Of a stretch of DNA of 64,000 nt, positions 54,925 through 64,000 are shown in pieces. The notes below the pieces were generated by a model. That model did not search any database. It worked only from the letters and a program-made list of their open reading frames with translations, and was not told the origin of the DNA. The position numbers and the translations under genes were made by a program. Position 1 is the first letter of the stretch; the number at the start of each line of letters is the position of its first letter. Source of the DNA: Chrysomallon squamiferum (lineage: Eukaryota > Animalia > Mollusca); NCBI GenBank assembly GCA_012295275.1, contig CM022665.1, forward strand, positions 4,836,001-4,900,000. Reading direction: 5' to 3'.

Positions 54925-55747
54925 TGTATTATAATAAAAAAAATTTTAGATGGTAAACTTTGCGGTCAATTTAGTAATTAAGAAGATTGCATCCTCAGAC
55001 TGTAAAGTTTGCACTCTGAATGGAGCACTCTGAATGGGATTTCTTAGCATCAAGACTGTTGGAGTGTTACAGTGTTACCGTGTTACCGAGCACAGGTGGT
55101 ACAAATTGGTAACTATGATAATATTTGCTATTTCAACTTATTCCCTAACACTTAAAGTATTTAATATGTTTAATGGGTGTTACCCTTAAAACATGTTGAA
55201 AAATACATTAAACATCGAATTACGATATCAAGTTTCAATAGAAAAAAAAGCTCACTTAAATATTAATATTTGGCGTCTGTATATTTCGTGGAGCTTTACA
55301 TTTTGTTAATAACATAGTCCTCCTTTATAGGACATTAAAACAAAAGTTAAAACGTGAAAAACATATCAGCATATTTACGAGTAATTAGTTAACACCACTT
55401 ACAAGTCCATTATTTGTTTACAGTTCACTGATAATAGGCTTTTCTATGAGTTTGGCGTCTTTCGGAACCACTGATGCGTTAACTAATTTTATTTTCTATT
55501 TTTTTATGTTAACTAATATTCATGTTGTGTGAGTATGAATCCCTGAATACATACATACCCAGATGCATCAAGACATACACAAGCATAAAATTCTAAAATA
55601 AATACATGGATTGGGGGACACACTCATATATTCATTCATACTTATATATATAATAATATATGTGCGCAGATGTATCAAGACATAAACAAGCAAAAGTATT
55701 CTAAAATAAATACATGGATAGGGGGACACACCCATATATTCATGCAT

Positions 55748-55778
<31 letters not shown>

Positions 55779-56344
55779 CGTATGCACACACATATATTCA
55801 TGCATATATCAAAAGATACATAAGTAAAGATATACAAACATACCGACTACTAATACTGCTTATATCCGGATTAATAGAAGAAAGATTCGTTCCAGCAGAT
55901 GCGGGTCTATCGAGTATCCACATTTGTGTCTGACTTGTTTTAGACATGTTTAACTTCTGTATTTAATATATTTGTAGCCACACAAAAAAAAACATGTAGC
56001 TTTGGTCAACTGAAACTTTTACCGACACTAACGTAAGCTTTTCTTTCCTTTTGTTGTGTTCGTTTTCAGACTATTTATAGTCACTGCTACTTGGTGACTG
56101 AATAACCTATTCTTAAGGTCGTGTATGATTTCAGGCTCATTACAGCATTTCATTGACCTTGATTACGTCGATTCTGTACGGCATTAATTGGCCGATATGT
56201 TCTAATTATTACCTATAGAGGTCTGCTTTCACTACGGTGTCCATTAAGTAATATTGTTATGCAAGATTGCGACCAAATGTTTACAGAATGTTAACTAATA
56301 GCCTGTAAACGATCCCTGGATCACGTATATTAAGGTGATGATGG

Positions 56345-56399
<55 letters not shown>

Positions 56400-56429
56400 T
56401 TATTTTTACATTTTATTTTTTTTTATTTA

Positions 56430-56512
<83 letters not shown>

Positions 56513-57314
56513 TATTATTATTATTTTTTTTTTTTCCTACCACTTGTCAGGTAACCTGGAAAAAACTGGAAAGATTTGTCTGTTTCTCTGGTTAAGATAC
56601 AAAGTCATAACTAACATTGGTAGATAGGTTAGTAAAGCTGAATTCAGTTTTTTTTTATTACGCTTCAATGTATCCAGCTATACAAATTTAATAGTGTTAT
56701 TTCGCAGCATAACGTAATTAGCTGTGTTTTGAGTTTCATACTTATTTAAGAAAGTCATAGTAAATGTATAGTTCTGAGACCACCGATGTCACCTTTTACA
56801 TACAACTAACGTTTCCTAAATGTTGTAAAACGTAGACTTCATTATTATCAGTCAGCATCATTATCTTATTAGTGTAAAGGCTAAAATAATAAAATAACGA
56901 AAATAAAGAAATATTTAGTAAAAATATAACTAACGGGTAAAAATATATATTTAAAAATTGCAGAACACGCAAAGAAGTGGACATCCTCTGTAAACAAGGT
57001 TTATCTAGCGGTTTGAAATTCGGCGTCTTAAATTTACTTTCTTATAGTTTTAATTTACTATATAATAAAAATAGGTAGCTTGTAGACAAAAAAAACGTAG
57101 AAATGTTTCTTCAACGGAAATTAAAAAAAAAAAAAAATAATAATAATAATTGGGTCTTATATAAAACAACAATTAATTAATTAATAACAATGAATTAATA
57201 ATTAAAACGTACTCACTCTTCATCGGCTGGATTCAGAGGGGGTAGTTCCATTGGTTCAACTGTTGATGACTTAATACCAGTTCTCACTGTAAGGATGCCT
57301 TTATTAGAAGTCAT
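36457..57314 (-). CDS. TRPA1: TRPA1-family (ankyrin-repeat TRP) cation channel, 27 coding exons, about 1291 aa, plus one optional 75-nt exon
   Basis: All exons listed below join in one open frame with GT-AG introns (3876 nt including stop). About 17 ankyrin repeats (TPLHxA), pre-S1 LLAHPLVTSLLTHKW, S4-S5 linker FPRFGIYVVMF, pore TSVMMIGEFEFDSIF, S6 ILIMNLLVGLAVDDI, TRP-like helix AALKRMAMQV, C-terminal coiled coil and acidic tail. The exons from 53489 down to 36457 are supported by homology; those upstream rest on splice signals and frame only. Confidence 0.93.
36985..37161 (-). CDS. TRPA1: TRPA1 exon 26
   Basis: VEMALDVERIIPDFVRRKF...IQKALNPEL; phase 0-0. Confidence 0.93.
37742..37810 (-). 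CDS. TRPA1: TRPA1 exon 25 (TRP-like helix)
   Basis: VGLAVDDIKAVQEQAALKRMAMQ; phase 0-0. Confidence 0.95.
38222..38410 (-). CDS. TRPA1: TRPA1 exon 24 (pore, S6)
   Basis: YPFSTVGRSIIKTSVMMIGEFEFDSIF...FLILMSILIMNLL; phase 0-0. Confidence 0.95.
38864..39064 (-). CDS. TRPA1: TRPA1 exon 23 (S4, S5)
   Basis: PWQWQTGAVAIFLAWLDLVLFIQKFPRFGIYVVMF...LLRNQ; phase 0-0. Confidence 0.95.
39426..39557 (-). CDS. TRPA1: TRPA1 exon 22 (S3)
   Basis: LLQIYQAKLGYIGWTNLIEWIMFVTSLLLVIDFNDCMRISGYRY; phase 0-0. Confidence 0.94.
40059..40191 (-). CDS. TRPA1: TRPA1 exon 21 (S1-S2 loop, S2)
   Basis: STGTVDAVGNGDC...KYIVIGLAAFNLLKE; phase 2 to 0. Confidence 0.9.
40649..40818 (-). CDS. TRPA1: TRPA1 exon 20 (pre-S1, S1)
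   Basis: VTTNREDLLAHPLVTSLLTHKWNTFGSFIYYLLFLMYTVFLVFLTGYIV; phase 0 to 2. Confidence 0.94.
41387..41484 (-). CDS. TRPA1: TRPA1 exon 19
   Basis: DAFDEDNKLRAEAKAYSSDSNILKKNHPLMIM; phase 1 to 0. Confidence 0.92.
41632..42100. mobile_element. Degenerate non-autonomous Tc1/mariner-type (pogo/Tigger-like) MITE in a TRPA1 intron
   Basis: Left end tattattgaccctcaatttcacaga versus reverse complement of the right end tactgttgacccttgatttcatgga; TA at both ends; about 465 bp, no ORF; all TIR mismatches are transitions. Confidence 0.6.
42244..42408 (-). CDS. TRPA1: TRPA1 exon 18
   Basis: VAERVFDHCLSY...YEITFNYEFLDDIY...; phase 1-1. Confidence 0.92.
42813..42934 (-). CDS. TRPA1: TRPA1 exon 17
   Basis: DVALTIINSDVWQEALRN...DTPMRKLIRKMP; phase 2 to 1. 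Confidence 0.92.
42908..43062. repeat. Three ~55-bp diverged tandem copies spanning the acceptor of TRPA1 exon 17
   Basis: gaattaa...aaagctacatccctgaaatatataaatat repeated at about 42908, 42962 and 43018. Confidence 0.8.
43436..43572 (-). CDS. TRPA1: TRPA1 exon 16
   Basis: TTPLHLASKHGHPGVVELLLEWDA...NCLDLAIDNNQ; phase 0 to 2. Confidence 0.93.
44134..44245 (-). CDS. TRPA1: TRPA1 exon 15
   Basis: NYSQWTPLDLAASKGWSKTCRILLEAEAPIDPMDKTN; phase 2 to 0. Confidence 0.93.
45110..45256 (-). CDS. TRPA1: TRPA1 exon 14
   Basis: TVREIVKRDKLSINDEDENSNTPLHLAALFGH...GADVAG; phase 2-2. Confidence 0.93.
45803..45891 (-). CDS. TRPA1: TRPA1 exon 13
   Basis: CLLHHNADLDSKNEEEQTPLHLAARYGRT; phase 0 to 2. Confidence 0.93.
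46223..46330 (-). CDS. TRPA1: TRPA1 exon 12
   Basis: KLLSYPQVRQLINVSDKYGNDPLHIAAQHGFLEIVQ; phase 0-0. Confidence 0.93.
46724..46907 (-). CDS. TRPA1: TRPA1 exon 11
   Basis: GARINQRDKDNYTPLLLAATYGH...TVIFLAAEENKLPVLK; phase 2 to 0. Confidence 0.93.
47748..47943 (-). CDS. TRPA1: TRPA1 exon 10
   Basis: ADVNVPRKHYMHPLHLAAISGD...TPLHKAAQFNHTDVLKYLVE; phase 1 to 2. Confidence 0.93.
48330..48423 (-). CDS. TRPA1: TRPA1 exon 9
   Basis: MVTDKDVEGSTCLHISVDNGHYEVAKLCLEK; phase 0 to 1. Confidence 0.93.
48772..48993 (-). CDS. TRPA1: TRPA1 exon 8
   Basis: AKDKQGITVLHMAAIHN...TPLHHACSEGN...ISN; phase 0-0. Confidence 0.93.
49560..49763 (-). CDS. TRPA1: TRPA1 exon 7
   Basis: AAANGLP...NGADINARDKYGQTPLHFAAMRGN...INIE; phase 0-0. 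Confidence 0.92.
51010..51084 (-). CDS. TRPA1: TRPA1 candidate cassette exon (EPSRPVHAHHDTVCTQPTTSKLIRV)
   Basis: aaaaatttcag|GAA...GTT|gtgtgt; 75 nt, phase 0-0, no stops, higher-GC patch in an AT-rich intron. Confidence 0.45.
51584..51693 (-). CDS. TRPA1: TRPA1 exon 6
   Basis: PNDKGEEDVTPLHHAARYRREKKKKETTPDANEIDE; phase 1 to 0. Confidence 0.9.
53321..53489 (-). CDS. TRPA1: TRPA1 exon 5 (ankyrin repeats)
   Basis: CARDGDLQNMK...SPLHYAARYNHLSVVKLLLDNGA; GT-AG, phase 0 to 1. Confidence 0.93.
53543..53923. repeat. Tandem duplication spanning the 3' end of TRPA1 exon 4, its splice donor and intronic (CA)n tracts
   Basis: tttacctgatgtaatgtgagattaagagcttcagaactctccaccctcttcatccctgtgtcc is identical at about 53646 and 53855. 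Confidence 0.95.
53860..54007 (-). CDS. TRPA1: TRPA1 coding exon 4 (KNSDASTQKG...LNLTLHQ); could alternatively start at ATG 54042
   Basis: tctctggtctttacag|A AAG...CAG|gtaaac; phase 2 to 0; ends at the start of ankyrin repeat 1. Confidence 0.8.
55560..55750. repeat. ~107-bp-period tandem duplication x2 in a TRPA1 5' intron
   Basis: cagatgYatcaagacata...ttctaaaataaatacatggatWgggggacacac present twice. Confidence 0.85.
55844..55956 (-). CDS. TRPA1: TRPA1 putative coding exon 3 (KLNMSKTSQTQMWILDRPASAGTNLSSINPDISSISS)
   Basis: aaatacag|AAG...CG|gtatgt; phase 0 to 2. Confidence 0.55.
56348..56524. repeat. (ATT)n microsatellite block
   Basis: Seen directly; similar tracts near 31147, 31690, 54810, 58207 and 58632. 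Confidence 0.95.
56811..56880 (-). CDS. TRPA1: TRPA1 putative coding exon 2 (LYTNKIMMLTDNNEVYVLQHLGN)
   Basis: ttattattttag|C...AAC|gttagt; phase 2 to 0, bridges the neighbouring exons in frame. Confidence 0.5.
57217..57314 (-). CDS. TRPA1: TRPA1 putative first coding exon (MTSNKGILTVRTGIKSSTVEPMELPPLNPADE)
   Basis: Pyrimidine-rich acceptor (exon starts 57324), in-frame upstream TGA, ATG at 57314, strong donor GA|gtgagt, phase 2. Confidence 0.6.
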
Positions 57315-57660
57315 TGCGAATCATCTAAAACGAAGCATAAAACAAAAACGGATTGTTTTGTACTTTAACCCTTGTTCATCAATAATAAGTGTAACTTTTG
57401 AGCCGAATTAGACCCAGAGGCTGATCTTCTTCTCTCCTAACGCGGGCCCTGTTTATTGTGCAGGTGCCATTCCTTTCTGCTCAGGACTTGGATCATGTTG
57501 TCGCATTGGGTGCTGAGAACATCAGAATGTAAGAACAAAATTCATATGTATAGTAAATTCACCGACACTGATTAATTTATAAACATCCGCATGATATGAG
57601 ATTAATATTTAATACAAAAATAAATAAAGATGAACTATCGAACAGCGTAAAACAGTTTAC

Positions 57661-57716
<56 letters not shown>

Positions 57717-58206
57717 GCTTTCAGATATGAATATAATTGTTATTTTTGATATAGTGTCCTTTCAAAGAAAACAAATAATAAAATAATAATAAGTGGCAAT
57801 AAATAAATATATAAAGTGTTAAAAAAAACAACAATATAAAACCCCGCTTCACACATCCCAGGTTTCAGATTTGAGCGCCTGGTTGAATGGTAATTATATT
57901 TTATGATAATCTAATCATGCTTCCAGCATTCAGTATTTATTCTACCAATAATTACTGTAATTTCCATTATTAATCAGCATGGAATATTAACGCTGTTGTG
58001 CTTAATCAGTTGTTTCGTGGTGTGATATGTCAAGGTTACATTCTTGTTATTTATTTCACATATGCGGCTGTGTGTGTGTGTGCGTGCGTGTGGTGATGTT
58101 GTTGTTGTTATTATTATTATTGCTGTTGTTACTGTTGTGGTTTTCTTTTAGTTTTGCAACTAATTTCTTCTACCATTATGATGTCACAATCTTTTTTCTT
58201 TTGTGA

Positions 58207-58239
<33 letters not shown>

Positions 58240-58259
58240 TATATTATTATTATTATTAT

Positions 58260-58314
<55 letters not shown>

Positions 58315-58630
58315 GTTACTGTTACTGTTACTATTACTATTACTATTACTATTACTATTATTATTATAAACGTCTATTCACTTGTGTATGGCTGACTACA
58401 AAATATAACAATGTAAAGAACAAAAACTAAAAAAAACCTGATGGAATTAAAAGATTCACACGTTTGCAGTAGACTAACAGTTTAAATGTTATACAACCTA
58501 TACATCATAGTCTTGTATATTCGGACGTCTTTATCTATTATTATCGACATCATCATAATCTTCATCTTCATCACTATTAACATCAGACATCATCATCATA
58601 ACTATTATTACTATTATTATTACTTGTTAC

Positions 58631-58680
<50 letters not shown>

Positions 58681-59287
58681 CACTTACCTCAAAAGTTTGC
58701 TGACATGAAAGTATACAGCGTGTATCATACTGCAGACATACTTTCCTAAGAGGCTTTAAATGAAAATCAGATCAAGAAACCTTCATAAAAAAAAAAATAT
58801 TACAAAGCTAAGGTGGTTTAAAACAAAAATTGATTTTTCTCCTTTTGTTATTACGAAGCCGTTGCTACAGTAAATATATGGTAAACAAATGCATCGATCC
58901 AACACTAAAATGCCCTAAGTTAATTGTGTCAGAAGGTATATTTGATGAAAGCAGCAGTAAATGTGGAATGCGAAGTGTATTTTTAAGTGTAATGTTTGGG
59001 CAGACCAGGGATACAAATTACAGCATGGGAAATGTTAGATATTTACAATATTTAGGGGTAAACTGAGATAGCGTATTGAGGCTGAGTTTGAAACCAACCC
59101 GTGAACGAATGATATTCATTTTGTATGAAACAGTTTTTTTTTTTAATTATTATTAAAACAATCAGGTGTTATTGTTTTATTTCTTCTTCCATTTTTTATT
59201 TTTATTTTTTTTTTTATTATTATTATTTTTTTTAATCGTTACCATGAAGTGTAATACCAGGAATTATATAGAAATATTATTATTATA

Positions 59288-59330
<43 letters not shown>

Positions 59331-59334
59331 ATTT

Positions 59335-59610
59335 TAACGTCAGTGACGACTGCCGGAAAAACCGTGATTCTAAAATATATTTCCGAAAATTAATTTTCTG
59401 TCAAAACTCTCATAAATTTCTGTTTTATTTCCGGAATTTTGAATCACTTTACAACTAACGCTGGACAATTATCGATATATGAGGGAAAAGAAGTAAAAGA
59501 AAAAAAAAAAAAAAAAAAAACGGAAATGAGAACTACGTAAGATTATGACAATTAATGTTATTTCCAGTATACAGATAAATAAAGTTACGTTTGTATCACC
59601 AGTGCGGACG
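59335..59610. promoter_or_regulatory. Promoter-like ETS-motif cluster between the HDAC8 3' end and the TRPA1 5' end
   Basis: CCGGAA at 59353 and 59431, CGGAAA at 59521; strong minus-strand donor GAG|gtaagt at 58688/58687 downstream on the TRPA1 strand. Confidence 0.35.
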
Positions 59611-59655
59611 AAAATTAAAATAAAACTGAAAAAATTTAAGTAATCGAAGAAATTA

Positions 59656-59689
<34 letters not shown>

Positions 59690-61185
59690 TGAAAAACAAA
59701 TAAAACAACCACGAATGGTCACGAAAAAATTGCCCCAGTCGCTTATATTATACATCTGCTCTCTTAAGTAGAACGAAAGATTGGTCCAGGATTTATTGTC
59801 TCCAGCAGTTTTCTATATCCACCAATATTTTTCTACTTAAAACTAAATATATATATTACATTTTTATATTTATATATACTACAAATATATCATTTTTGTA
59901 ATTATACTGAAACAGTAGTATGCCTGCTCTGTTTAGAAGTGCGATTACGGTCATTTTGTTTGCTTTTTATTACTGTCTGTTTCAGCAACAATGTGAACTT
60001 GCAGATATCAGCACTTGTGTCCATCACTGGCAACAAATCCGATTAATTATTAAATAACAATTACTCCATTGTTGTTTCACACCACCACATAAATATTTAA
60101 AGCCTTGCTAAACTAATCAGTCATGTAACAGGCTAAAAATACACATTTTGACTTTAGTTAAAATATTAATGACAATAATAACAACAAAAACAACAACAGG
60201 ATAAAAGGTTAATACGTATGTTGCCTTTATTAAAGACAATACTAACAATGGTAACAAGAACAGCAACAAAAACAACAACTGGATAAAAGCTTACGTATTT
60301 TGTCTCTGTCAAATTATTAAATAAATAAAACATGAAATTAATAAATTAATCATAATTTAACTAACTTGTCACTTAACAGGTTCATTGGTATATGTACTTA
60401 TTTTTTGCTGTAATTATTTTGCAAGCATACAGTTAAATAAAGGACCTCTTTTCTGACTCTTGTCAATATTTGAGTTGTTTCTTCTTTCCTTTTTGTATAC
60501 TGATGTAAACTATCTTGTTATAATTGATGCAATAAATTTCTTCATATAACCAACATAACTTAAAATAACTTTTGCTGTCTTACACATTTTTGATGCAGAA
60601 TAAAAATAAATGACACATAATTAATGTGAACAGATTATTAACATTAAAAATATAAACATTCAACGTATTTAAATATATTTAACTTAAACAGAACATCTAA
60701 AACCATCTTGCTATTTCTTATACTGACTATTCAGAAATTGATGTCTAACAGAAGTACAAGATGTAATTCAATTAATTATTCAGGTTAAAAATATGTTAAT
60801 AGGTCTACGTCAATGTATTTTATTCTGGAAGTGATGATGCATAAATGGATATTATTTGTATTATAATTTATAAACTGATGGATTTCAATCCATATTTCTA
60901 GATTTGTTTTTGTATCTCTTACAAAACAAATATTAGTTAATTTTTTTCTTCAACTTTTGCATCAACATCAAATATTTTATTAGAACTTATTATACAATTG
61001 TAGCACCATTCATGTTTGATAACTGTAAACTGTCATAGTTCATGTAAATTACAATCAGTACATTCATATATGCTTATTTTAACATCACTGAAAAATGTTT
61101 AAACTTGAAGAAAAAACATTTCTTTTAAACTTTTAATAATTATTAAAATAATGCAGTGATGAAAATGGAAAAGTGACAGCACATC

Positions 61186-61208
61186 TTAAGAAATATTCTC
61201 CAAATTTT
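61186..61208 (-). CDS. HDAC8: HDAC8 terminal coding exon (23 nt)
   Basis: ctttttcag|AA AAT TTG GAG AAT ATT TCT TAA. Confidence 0.85.
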
Positions 61209-62269
61209 CTGAAAAAGAAAACAAACATATATATAACAGAAATTAGAAAAGTAATAATAAAAATTAAATTATGATGTAACATGTGGTTAATGAATGATTA
61301 TGAATGCTACAATTCTTACAATGTGCAAAATTAATACAAAAGACAAATAATTAAAACATTACAAAACAAAGAAGGTAATATTTACAAGAATTGGCCATTT
61401 TGATACAAACAACATATTTACAAGAATGGCACATTTTCCTTTATTCTGAAAATACTGAAATAATCATCTTGATCCAAAATATACATTTGTTTCCTGTTGT
61501 AAGATATTTAAATTAAAAAAACAGTTTTCTTTGCTTGCACATTAACTGAATCAATAAGGAAATGTTAAATTTAAAATCACTCACTCATAACATCCTGATA
61601 CACTTTTGTTAAGTATCCCTTAGCATTGTAATCTTTCCTGTTACCTATGTTTATTGACATCTCATAGCTTGGTCCATATTTCATGAAGTACTGAATGAAT
61701 AATAATTGTATATCTGCATCTACACACTTAATTTACACTTACACACACACGTTCATGCACAGGCACACAAACACACACACTATTGCACATCACACATACA
61801 AAAACTCTCATGCACAGACACACATACACACACAGATTCACATTCATAAGGAAAAAATAATATCAAAATAAGAAATGGCTATTCTGTGACATTCTCTCTT
61901 AAACAGATGTGTCTTGTTTACGTTTTCTTCTTTTGTTTCTTATTCAGATTTTAACTGCCTGGGCATAGTGTATGAAAGTAAATAGTTTTGTTGCTTGAAA
62001 ATAGATCACATGCAAGATTTGTTGTTAAACAAAAATTAATATTAATGATTACACTTTGTTTTAATATATAAAAGCTATCACTGGTAACTATCTGAATGCA
62101 GGATACAGGTATTAAGAACTACTTACTTCATGGTCTGGAATATCTAAAGGTAGTTTTTTACCTACTACCAGGCTTGTCAAGAAGGTCCAGCATTTTGCTG
62201 TATTGCAGTAATTGTAACCACCTATTAAACAAGATGATAATATAAATAATCTATAATAAGATATACATC

Positions 62270-62303
<34 letters not shown>

Positions 62304-63668
62304 AAAGTATATTTAATTGCATCATTCTGAGAACAGTTTTGACATAAAGTTCTGGGATGCTACGAATCCTGCTGTTATAAAATTAAAGGTGACTGATATA
62401 GATTTGGAACTTATTTCACACTCAGAATGTCACATCCTAGGGACTGGAAAGGACAATTAATACTCGGATTTCTTCAGTAGTGTAAATGGAATGCAAGATT
62501 AAAAACATCTGAAAAAGAAAAAAAAGTTAAAATAACAAACCTCCACCTACAAGTAGCAAAGGCAAATTCCAGTCAAGTAAAAACTTAACACAGTGTCCTA
62601 GACTCATGTGTGTTAGATTGAAGGAATCCATTGGATCACCTGCCAGACCATCTGCTCCACACTGACACACAACGGCTTCAGGATGGAATCTGTTCTTGAT
62701 GTTTGACATTATTCTATGCACATATAAAAACAGTCAATATTTTTTACTTTAAAAACAGATGTTGCTTTTGTATTAAAAAAAAATAGAAATAAAAGAAATA
62801 AAAAAATTTGTTTTATTCTTTTTAAAATTTTCAGCACTGAAACAAACAAAAGAACTGATAATAATCTGATTATTTTTATTTACCTACTCAAACCTTTCGC
62901 ATTCCACTTTAAAACAATATTCTTGTACTTTTAATATTATTTTACTTGACCAGCAAGTTAAAAGTAAATAATACTGGTATTTAGTTTTAAAACTATATCA
63001 GTACTAAAAAGACAATATGTAGAGATGATTCACAGAGAATATATACACAGTCCTCCAAATGTATTTCTCTGTCGAGCATTAGAATTTGTCCAGACAGTGT
63101 TTGATTCCTTTTAACATACTCACGATAATGTTCTGTAATAATATTTTTATCATTTAAACTGACCTTGTGAACAAAGTTACCAACTCTGGATCATGCAATC
63201 CATCCAGCAGAGGGACATTAACACTGTAGTATTTACCTCTACCAATACCAATGTCTTCAATAGAACCCGTACCTAGAGGAAGGAAATAACAATACCAGAC
63301 AAGATGAACCTTGTGTATAATACAGAAATTTATTTTATAAATTTGATTCTATCAGATTAGATTTGAATATGGGTGCTACATGATTACCCACCTGATTAAT
63401 GAAATGCATAATTTACAAACTAAAATCCTAAAATGAACAGATAAATGCAAAATTAATTACACAGAATAATAACACTAATACCAAAAAGATCAATGATTTA
63501 CAAATATGCTCACTATATAAAAATAAATTAACATAACTGAATAATGAAACAGATAAATATGAAAAGAGTACTGAAATATATAAAACGTACCAGGAAAGAA
63601 ACCAGGAGTGTATTTGTGAAATGAAACTGTCAAAACTTTAGCAGTTGAACAGAAAGCATCTTCCACAC
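61186..63668 (-). CDS. HDAC8: Histone deacetylase 8, last six coding exons (5' part lies beyond the window end)
   Basis: Exons 63668-63591, 63272-63164, 62713-62541, 62221-62127, 61690-61585, 61208-61186 join in frame: GVEDAF...[15 protein letters not shown]...[10 protein letters not shown]...[18 protein letters not shown]...LLVGGGGYN...[16 protein letters not shown]...NLENIS*. GDPM, the short C-terminus and exon sizes 78/109/173/95/106/23 fit HDAC8 rather than HDAC1/2/3. Confidence 0.95.
61585..61690 (-). CDS. HDAC8: HDAC8 exon (106 nt)
   Basis: [35 protein letters not shown]. Confidence 0.93.
62127..62221 (-). CDS. HDAC8: HDAC8 exon (95 nt)
   Basis: [31 protein letters not shown]; includes the catalytic Tyr of GGGY. 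Confidence 0.95.
62541..62713 (-). CDS. HDAC8: HDAC8 exon (173 nt)
   Basis: [34 protein letters not shown]...LLLVGG. Confidence 0.95.
63164..63272 (-). CDS. HDAC8: HDAC8 exon (109 nt)
   Basis: [35 protein letters not shown]. Confidence 0.95.
63591..63668 (-). CDS. HDAC8: HDAC8 exon (78 nt)
   Basis: [25 protein letters not shown]; GT-AG. Confidence 0.95.
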
Positions 63669-64000
63669 CTGCAACAACAACAAAATAATTGTCCAGAGAT
63701 AGAAACTGTCCCATGTAAACCCTCATAATTAAATATAGATTTTTCTAATGAATGAATGGGATTTTCTTTTCTTCTTTTTTTTTTTAACAGTTAGGTTGAG
63801 ACAAAAATATAAACTCAGTAAATTTTTAGTGAGTAAATATAGTTCCCATGACAGATCTAGATATTTATTTTTAATTATGTTTTCATTTGACTAATCAATT
63901 ACAATTTATGGTAATTGCATAGCATTTATTGCAGAAATGAAATGAAATGATCACATATATATAAACAACTGAAAAAAACGCCCACCTTAAACTGCCTTAA

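Noticed and set aside
56935-56987. Mini-exon candidate MSTSLRVLQFLNIYFYP ending in phase 2
   Set aside because: Has a stop in the frame needed to follow exon 1, is AT-rich, and is only 54 nt from the next acceptor; weaker than the accepted chain

Overview
AT-rich, microsatellite-rich animal genomic DNA (spliceosomal introns; probably a lophotrochozoan/mollusc-type invertebrate, which is inference only). Four protein-coding loci were reconstructed by hand from GT-AG junctions and phase continuity. (1) A class A GPCR with an intronless CDS (8685-9845, +) and non-canonical microswitch motifs. (2) A 4-exon MTRES1/C6orf203 homologue (30642-32746, +). (3) A TRPA1-family channel gene (minus strand, 57314-36457), modelled as 27 coding exons and about 1291 aa with about 17 ankyrin repeats and 6 TM; its three most 5' exons are inferred from splice signals and frame only. 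(4) The last six exons of HDAC8 (minus strand, 63668-61186; the gene continues past the window end). The stretch from about 10 to 30 kb has no recognisable coding gene but holds promoter-like CpG-rich patches, minisatellites and a 144-bp near-perfect inverted repeat. Most other ORFs in the supplied track are microsatellite or low-complexity artefacts. I found no convincing new multi-gene system. The best leads are the TRPA1 isoform architecture (hidden N-terminal exons, a cassette exon inside ankyrin repeat 3, tandem duplications that copy splice sites, missing electrophile-sensor cysteines), the long hairpin at 18.8-19.4 kb and an apparent mosaic CpG-depletion pattern.
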